DNA of 32,000 bases, from assembly GCF_001735745.1 (NCBI RefSeq), contig NZ_CP017260.1, forward strand, positions 240,001-272,000. Direction: 5' to 3'. This stretch comes from Formosa sp. Hel1_33_131. GTDB taxonomy: Bacteria; Bacteroidota; Bacteroidia; Flavobacteriales; Flavobacteriaceae. The notes beneath the pieces were generated by a model that saw nothing but the letters and a program-made list of their open reading frames with translations, was not told the DNA's origin and did not search any database. Both the position numbers and the translations under genes were made by a program. This document shows positions 27,181 to 32,000 of the stretch, in pieces (the stretch's first letter is position 1; the number at the start of each line of letters is the position of its first letter).

Positions 27181-29859
27181 TCCGCAGTCATATCTATTGT
27201 TGCCAATCCACTTCCAATCGCCAATCAACCGCCAGATTTAGAGGATTGCGACGATAATTTTGATGGAGAGTTAAAGGTTGATATGTCCACACAAACGGCA
27301 CTTATTATAGGAAGTCAAAATCCTTCTAATTTTACGGTTTCCTATTATGAAAATAGGACTGATGCTGAATCGGGAAACAACCCCTTAGAATTAACGCCTA
27401 TAGTTGTTTATACAAAATCCGTTGTCGCTAAAATTGTAAATAATACAACGCGGTGTGCAAACTATACGTCCTTTAACCTTATCGTTAACCCTTTACCAAT
27501 AGTTGCGCAGACTCATACTATAACGCAATGCGATACCGATTATGATGGTCTTACTATTTTTAATATTAAAGATTTTGAAATTAATATTTTTGATGTTCAA
27601 CAAAATTTTCTCGTTGCAACTTATTTTGACAGTTTACAGGATCTTGAAAATGGAGTTGCTGAAATACAAAATGTAACTGCATTCCAAACAATTTCAAACC
27701 CTCAAATAATCTATATCAAAGTATTAAATACGACGAGCCAATGCTATACGTCAGCGCCTCTCACACTGACTTCAATTTTACCGCCTGCGATCAATCCGAT
27801 ATCCGAATTTGAGATTTGTGATTCCGATACCAATTCGTTTGATTTGTCAGAAATAAATAGTCTTCTAACCACAGAAACGCAAGACATTACTCTTCATTAT
27901 TTTGATTCTTTAACAAATGCTGAAAACAAAATAGACCCCATTACAGTTTTAAACTATCAATCTAATACGACTCCACTCTTTGTACGAATTCAAGATACTG
28001 TAACAAATTGTTTTCATATTCACAGTTTTAATTTCATTGCCAATCCTCTTCCAATCGCCAATCAACCGCCAGATTTAGAGGATTGCGACGATAATTTTGA
28101 TGGAGAGTTAAAGGTTGATATGTCCACACAAACGGCACTTATTATAGGAAGTCAAAATCCTTCTAATTTTACGGTTTCCTATTATGAAAATAGGACTGAT
28201 GCTGAATCGGGAAACAACCCCTTAGAATTAACGCCTATAGTTGTTTATACAAAATCCGTTGTCGCTAAAATTGTAAATAATACAACGCGGTGTGCAAACT
28301 ATACGTCCTTTAACCTTATCGTTAACCCTTTACCAATAGTTGCGCAGACTCATACTATAACGCAATGCGATACCGATTATGATGGTCTTACTATTTTTAA
28401 TATTAAAGATTTTGAAATTAATATTTTTGATGTTCAACAAAATTTTCTCGTTGCAACTTATTTTGACAGTTTACAGGATCTTGAAAATGGAGTTGCTGAA
28501 ATACAAAATGTAACTGCATTCCAAACAATTTCAAACCCTCAAATAATCTATATCAAAGTATTAAATACGACGAGCCAATGCTATACGTCAGCGCCTCTCA
28601 CGCTGACTTCAATTTTACCGCCTGCGATCAATCCGATATCCGAATTTGAGATTTGTGATTCCGATACCAATTCGTTTGATTTGTCAGAAATAAATAGTCT
28701 TCTAACCACAGAAACGCAAGACATTACTCTTCATTATTTTGATTCTTTAACAAATGCTGAAAACAAAATAGACCCCATTACAGTTTTAAACTATCAATCT
28801 AATACGACTCCACTCTTTGTACGAATTCAAGATACTGTAACAAATTGTTTTCATATTCACAGTTTTAATTTCATTGCCAATCCTCTTCCAATCGCCAATC
28901 AACCGCCAGATTTAGAAGATTGTGATGATAATTTTGATGGAGAATTAAAATTTGATATATCTCCACAAACAGCTCTTATTTTAGGAAGTCAAAATCCTTC
29001 TAATTTTACGGTTTCCTATTTTGAAAACATGGGAGATGCTGAATCGGGAAACAACCCCTTAGAATTAACGCCTATAGTTGTTTATACAAAATCCGTTGTC
29101 GCTAAAATTGTAAATAATACAACGCGGTGCGCAAACTACACGTCTTTTAACCTTATCGTTAACCCTTTACCCATAGTTGACATTCCTAAACAGCTTATTT
29201 GCTTAGATAACTTACCTCATTATGTAAGTGCTGAAACATTTAACAATGGGGATACTTACTTGTGGTCTACGGGTCAAACTACCAATAAAATTAGTATTGA
29301 TACGACTGGAACATATTCCGTAACCGTAACCACCCCAAAAGGTTGTGTGACCAGCAGCAGTTTTGAAGCGAATGTCTCGGGTGCAGCTATGATTGAATTT
29401 ACAGAAGTATTAAATTTTACCGATCCAAACTCCATCACTGTTATGGTAAAAGGTGTCGGGGATTATCAATACAAATTAGATGATAACCCCCTTCAAACTT
29501 CAAATTTTTTCAACTATGTAACTTTGGGGTATCATACCATTACTGTGGTGGATTTAAATGGCTGTAGCGAAGTGACCAAAGAAGTATTAGTCATAAATGC
29601 TCAAAAGTTTTTCACCCCCAATAATGACACCTATTTTGACACTTGGAATATTATTGGAATCGATACACTCCCAGGGTCTGTTATTTATATCTTTGATCGT
29701 TATGGAAAACTTCTTGGAACATTAGCATACAATTCAGGGGGATGGGATGGCACCTATAGAGGCTACGAAATGCCTGCTAATGATTACTGGTTTTTGGCAA
29801 AAATCAAAACGCCGACCGAACAATTTGAATACAAAGGCCATTTTGCTCTTAGACGCTAA
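25996..29859 (+). CDS. T9SS type B sorting domain-containing surface protein (unknown ~270-aa head, CARDB-like domain, 7 Cys/DxDxDG repeats in A-B-C-A-B-C-A order, Ig-like region, type B CTD)
   Basis: Signal peptide MKININLFIIAILLFNLLPAQ. The head is shared with 29905-31695. The CARDB-like segment at ~26866-27201 ends in EISETNN. The repeats span 27202-29179 and include an 837-bp tandem duplication. The CTD at 29602-29856 reads QKFFTPNNDTYFDTWNI...IFDRYGKLL...WDGTYRG...DYWFLAK. Confidence 0.9.
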   Translation: MKININLFIIAILLFNLLPAQNISLFNQLNGHLDYTAIGNTLNKSENNGSSNCIINTNSSATLNLSPTQTVEAAYLYWAGSGSGDFNVTLNTTDITPSRTFAYNIGTRRHFFAAFADVTTLIQTEGNGLYTLSDLEQNVSTYCSPSTNFAGWAITIIYSDPALPFNQVNVYDGLETVPRSITIQLDNLNVIDTTGAKVGFIAWEGDAGLAVNEVLQMNGVTFSNRPLNPANNAFNGTNSFTNDSNLYNMDIDVYSIENAINAGDTSAVIQLTSGQDLVMVNNIITVLNSQLPDASVTIDSVDQRCNPRELTIEYTVRNLNSMRLLPANTPIAFYVDTVLVAQAQTSNDIPGGGTESNTLTFTVDPLFLDPINLTIVVDDNGSGTGIISEISETNNSAVISIVANPLPIANQPPDLEDCDDNFDGELKVDMSTQTALIIGSQNPSNFTVSYYENRTDAESGNNPLELTPIVVYTKSVVAKIVNNTTRCANYTSFNLIVNPLPIVAQTHTITQCDTDYDGLTIFNIKDFEINIFDVQQNFLVATYFDSLQDLENGVAEIQNVTAFQTISNPQIIYIKVLNTTSQCYTSAPLTLTSILPPAINPISEFEICDSDTNSFDLSEINSLLTTETQDITLHYFDSLTNAENKIDPITVLNYQSNTTPLFVRIQDTVTNCFHIHSFNFIANPLPIANQPPDLEDCDDNFDGELKVDMSTQTALIIGSQNPSNFTVSYYENRTDAESGNNPLELTPIVVYTKSVVAKIVNNTTRCANYTSFNLIVNPLPIVAQTHTITQCDTDYDGLTIFNIKDFEINIFDVQQNFLVATYFDSLQDLENGVAEIQNVTAFQTISNPQIIYIKVLNTTSQCYTSAPLTLTSILPPAINPISEFEICDSDTNSFDLSEINSLLTTETQDITLHYFDSLTNAENKIDPITVLNYQSNTTPLFVRIQDTVTNCFHIHSFNFIANPLPIANQPPDLEDCDDNFDGELKFDISPQTALILGSQNPSNFTVSYFENMGDAESGNNPLELTPIVVYTKSVVAKIVNNTTRCANYTSFNLIVNPLPIVDIPKQLICLDNLPHYVSAETFNNGDTYLWSTGQTTNKISIDTTGTYSVTVTTPKGCVTSSSFEANVSGAAMIEFTEVLNFTDPNSITVMVKGVGDYQYKLDDNPLQTSNFFNYVTLGYHTITVVDLNGCSEVTKEVLVINAQKFFTPNNDTYFDTWNIIGIDTLPGSVIYIFDRYGKLLGTLAYNSGGWDGTYRGYEMPANDYWFLAKIKTPTEQFEYKGHFALRR
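27202..28875 (+). repeat. in-frame tandem duplication, 2 x 837 bp (279 codons = repeat modules A-B-C)
   Basis: 27202-28038 and 28039-28875 align at offset 837. Reading both copies base by base I found only two differences, 27210 A vs 28047 T and 27765 A vs 28602 G. Both are synonymous, and the translated text is identical in the ORF track. Confidence 0.95.
28876..29179 (+). repeat. partial third copy (module A only), mosaic
   Basis: It is identical to copies 1 and 2 for the first ~40 nt. It then diverges at ~28917-29035, where the encoded FDISPQT and ENM-DAE residues match the neighbour's module A' at 24961-25250, though the nucleotide sequence is intermediate. It is again near-identical to copies 1 and 2 from ~29036 to 29179. 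Homology to the unit ends at 29179, where the tail (DIPKQ...) begins. Confidence 0.8.
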
Positions 29860-29880
29860 CTTTAAAGTAATCAAAATTAA

Positions 29881-29888
29881 TATATTTG
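29881..29888 (+). promoter_or_regulatory. putative -7 promoter box TATATTTG (last adhesin gene)
   Basis: Exact TAnnTTTG match, 16 nt upstream of ATG 29905. No comparable box is visible in the 45-nt gap before 25996. Confidence 0.45.
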
Positions 29889-29904
29889 TAGAACAATCAA
29901 TTTT

Positions 29905-31695
29905 ATGAAACATAAACTAAATATCCCTTTTTTTAGTATAAGTGTAATGCTAATTAACCTCTTAGCAGCTCAAGACATTTCGTTGTTCAATCAACTAAAT
30001 GGACGCTTGGATTATACAGCAATCGGGAATACCCTTAATACTTCCGAAAACAACAGTGCTGTGGACTGTGTCATTAATACAGCTTCTTCGGCAAACTTAA
30101 ATTTATCTACCACACAAACCATCGAAGCTGCTTATCTGTACTGGGCGGGATCAGGATCGGGCGATTTTAATGTGACTCTTAACACCACAGAAATCACCCC
30201 CTCACGAACCTTCGCTTATAGCTTGGACTCGTCACGAGAATTTTTTGCAGCCTTTGCAGATGTCACCACTTTAATTCAAACCGAAGGAAACGGTTTATAT
30301 ACCCTTAGTAATTTAGAACAAATAAACATTTCATCTGACTATTGCTCTACAGGGACAAATTTTGCGGGCTGGGCCATTACTATCATTTACTCAGACCCTA
30401 ACCTTCCACTCAATCAATTAAACGTTTATGATGGCTTAGAAAGTGTCCCAAGTAATATCACCATTCAATTGGACAATCTTAATGTCATGGATACTAATGG
30501 TGCTAGAATCGGTTTTATAGCTTGGGAAGGCGATGCTGGTTTGGCAGTCAATGAAGTCTTACAAATGAATGGCATCACACTTAGTAACCCACCTCTTAAT
30601 CCCGCGAATAACGCCTTTAATGGCACCAATAGCTTTACGAACGACTCCAATTTATACAATATGGATATCGACGTTTATCCCATAGAAAACACCATTAATG
30701 TGGGGGATTCATCTGCAATCATACAATTATCTTCTGGACAAGATTTAGTAATGGTCAATAATATCATTACCGTATTAAACAGTCAATTACCAGATGCGAG
30801 TGTCGTTATAGACACTATTGAACAAAGTTGCAATTCTCGTGAATTAACTGTTGAATATTCTGTAGAAAATCTGAATTCCACACACTTTCTGCCCGCAAAT
30901 ACGCCCATCTCATTTTATGCCAACGCTGTCCTCGTTGCTCAAGCACAAACCCTAAACGACATCCCTATTAATGAAACGGAGTCAAATACAATTAGTGTTA
31001 CGGTTGATCCATCACTTTTAGATCCTGTTAACCTTACAATTGTAGTGGATGATGACGGTACTGGGGCTGGAATTATCACTGAAATTAGTGAAACAAACAA
31101 TACGGCTAACACCTCTATTGAATTTTTAGAATCTCCTGATCCGACTCCTTTAACTCCTTTAATAGGTTGTAATTTCGGAAACAATGAAGCCGTTTTTAAT
31201 TTACGAAATGCTTTAAATGAAATAGATTCTTCATTCGATTTAGAAACCGCTATCTTTTATCAATCCTTAGAAGATTTGATTGATGACCTAGGTGCGTTGA
31301 TAGATCCCTCACAATACATCAATTCGAACGGAGTTGACACCATCTATTTCAGAGTAGATGCAAACCCCTGTTATGAAATTTTTTCAGTGAATTTAGAGGT
31401 CAACGAATGTGACCCTAACATCCCTCAGGGTTTTTCACCCAACGGAGATGGCTTTAATGACTGGTTTAACATAGATGGGCTCTACGATGTGTTTTTACAA
31501 CACGAACTCTTAATATTCAATCGTTTAGGAGCTATTATTTTTAAAGGGAATAACGATCTTAAATGGGATGGAAAAGCCAATTACGGCCCGCTCAAAGGCG
31601 ACAACCTCTTACCTGTTGGAACCTATTTTTATGTATTGTATTTGAATGTTCAAAATGCAAAACCCAGATCTGGTTGGGTTTATATGAATTATTAA
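29905..31695 (+). CDS. T9SS type B sorting domain-containing surface protein (unknown ~270-aa head, CARDB-like domain, 1 repeat, type B CTD)
   Basis: Signal peptide MKHKLNIPFFSISVMLINLLAAQ. The head and CARDB-like region (29905-31101) are about 80% identical by eye to 25996-27180. One divergent repeat module lies at ~31132-31407. The canonical CTD at 31423-31692 reads GFSPNGDGFNDWFNI...IFNRLGAIIF...WDGKAN...GTYFYVL. A TATATTTG box lies 16 nt upstream. Confidence 0.9.
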   Translation: MKHKLNIPFFSISVMLINLLAAQDISLFNQLNGRLDYTAIGNTLNTSENNSAVDCVINTASSANLNLSTTQTIEAAYLYWAGSGSGDFNVTLNTTEITPSRTFAYSLDSSREFFAAFADVTTLIQTEGNGLYTLSNLEQINISSDYCSTGTNFAGWAITIIYSDPNLPLNQLNVYDGLESVPSNITIQLDNLNVMDTNGARIGFIAWEGDAGLAVNEVLQMNGITLSNPPLNPANNAFNGTNSFTNDSNLYNMDIDVYPIENTINVGDSSAIIQLSSGQDLVMVNNIITVLNSQLPDASVVIDTIEQSCNSRELTVEYSVENLNSTHFLPANTPISFYANAVLVAQAQTLNDIPINETESNTISVTVDPSLLDPVNLTIVVDDDGTGAGIITEISETNNTANTSIEFLESPDPTPLTPLIGCNFGNNEAVFNLRNALNEIDSSFDLETAIFYQSLEDLIDDLGALIDPSQYINSNGVDTIYFRVDANPCYEIFSVNLEVNECDPNIPQGFSPNGDGFNDWFNIDGLYDVFLQHELLIFNRLGAIIFKGNNDLKWDGKANYGPLKGDNLLPVGTYFYVLYLNVQNAKPRSGWVYMNY

Positions 31696-31725
31696 TCTGT
31701 TTTTAAAAAATATTTTTAGACTCTC

Positions 31726-31757
31726 TTTGCTCTAGCGCTTTCTTTGCATTAGCTTTG
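31726..31757 (+). promoter_or_regulatory. putative uvrB promoter: -33 TTTG (31726-31729) and -7 TAGCTTTG (31750-31757)
   Basis: The spacing of 20 nt between the elements fits the Bacteroidota TTTG-N19-21-TAnnTTTG consensus. The -7 box ends only 5 nt before ATG 31763. Confidence 0.35.
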
Positions 31758-31762
31758 CAGCT

Positions 31763-32000
31763 ATGCAATTTAAGCTTACTTCTGATTTCAAACCCACTGG
31801 TGACCAACCGACTGCTATAAAACAATTAGTAGCTGGAATTGAGTCCGATGAAAAATACCAAACACTTTTGGGAGTTACTGGGTCTGGAAAAACATTCACG
31901 GTCGCCAATATCATTCAAGAAGTACAGCGACCTACACTTGTGTTGGCGCATAACAAAACCCTTGCCGCACAACTGTATTCAGAATTCAAACAGTTTTTCC
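31763..32000 (+). CDS. uvrB: excinuclease ABC subunit B, 5' end only (runs off the right edge)
   Basis: ATG at 31763 gives [79 protein letters not shown]. This is the canonical UvrB N-terminus with Walker A GVTGSGKT. The antisense track ORF 31732-31914 is spurious. Confidence 0.9.
   Translation, partial: MQFKLTSDFKPTGDQPTAIKQLVAGIESDEKYQTLLGVTGSGKTFTVANIIQEVQRPTLVLAHNKTLAAQLYSEFKQFF

Noticed and set aside
27202-29179. A regular long repeat considered as a CRISPR array or satellite.
   Set aside because: The period is 837 bp with no short repeat-spacer structure, and it is fully in frame inside a long ORF encoding protein domain modules. It is a coding tandem duplication.
31660-31681. A hairpin (AAACCCA / TGGGTTT, with an internal CCAGATCTGG palindrome) considered as the terminator of the adhesin array.
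   Set aside because: It lies inside the coding sequence (KPRSGWVY) and is not followed by a U-tract. The T-run after the stop is separated from it by about 20 nt.
17308-31762. A dedicated variation machine for the adhesin array, such as a diversity-generating retroelement, an invertible promoter (invertase plus inverted repeats), or shufflon recombinase sites.
   Set aside because: No reverse transcriptase, recombinase or integrase ORF was found, and I saw no inverted repeats flanking the intergenic regions. All repeats are direct, so any exchange would rely on general homologous recombination.
1463-31914. Short track ORFs nested in or antisense to larger genes: 1463-1681, 1764-1955, 5027-5227, 8837-9124, 9125-9340, 11385-11600, 11863-12051, 12374-12661, 13115-13336, 14235-14480, 16131-16328, 16509-16775, 19654-19857, 20426-20653, 21131-21604, 21878-22063, 23145-23366, 26994-27224, 30939-31184 and 31732-31914.
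   Set aside because: Each lies wholly inside a longer ORF with clear family signatures on the other strand or frame. Their translations are low-complexity or hydrophobic with no recognisable motifs, which is typical of chance ORFs in AT-rich DNA.

Overview
This is a low-GC chromosomal window of Bacteroidota (Flavobacteriia) type. That assignment rests on T9SS type B C-terminal sorting domains, TAnnTTTG -7 promoter boxes and class-typical protein N-termini. Layout: (i) 1-2330 carries def (partial), ruvX and dapD, interleaved with the first genes of a glycan cluster. (ii) 563-10721 is an LPS-core-like glycan biosynthesis cluster: a GT9 heptosyltransferase-like gene, a Kdo/WaaP-type kinase-like gene, five GT2 genes (one with degenerate catalytic motifs), a GT4, a SAM methyltransferase, a polysaccharide deacetylase and a TupA-like ATP-grasp. 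(iii) 10835-17307 carries tsaC, cca, heme A synthase, a pRiA4b-ORF3-like acidic protein, an uncharacterised 354-aa protein with kinase-like motifs, and an ABC-2 exporter pair. (iv) 17378-31695 is a 14.3-kb same-strand array of T9SS type B cargo (adhesin-like) genes. It holds an intact 1134-aa gene, an orphan 3' CTD remnant, and a ~1601-codon gene broken by an in-frame TAA plus a 4-bp GGAC duplication. It also holds a 1287-aa chimeric gene with a near-perfect 837-bp tandem duplication, and a 596-aa gene. (v) 31763-32000 is the 5' end of uvrB. I saw no rRNA, tRNA, CRISPR, transposase or integrase. The most noteworthy feature is the adhesin array. It is built from about 23 copies of one Cys-bracketed, DxDxDG-containing module of ~90-100 aa that I cannot assign to a named family, and it shows several independent footprints of recent recombination: the tandem duplication, a mosaic repeat, a chimeric gene, a decaying paralog and an orphan tail. 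All identities were judged by eye from the sequence and ORF track, and no database or structure searches were possible.
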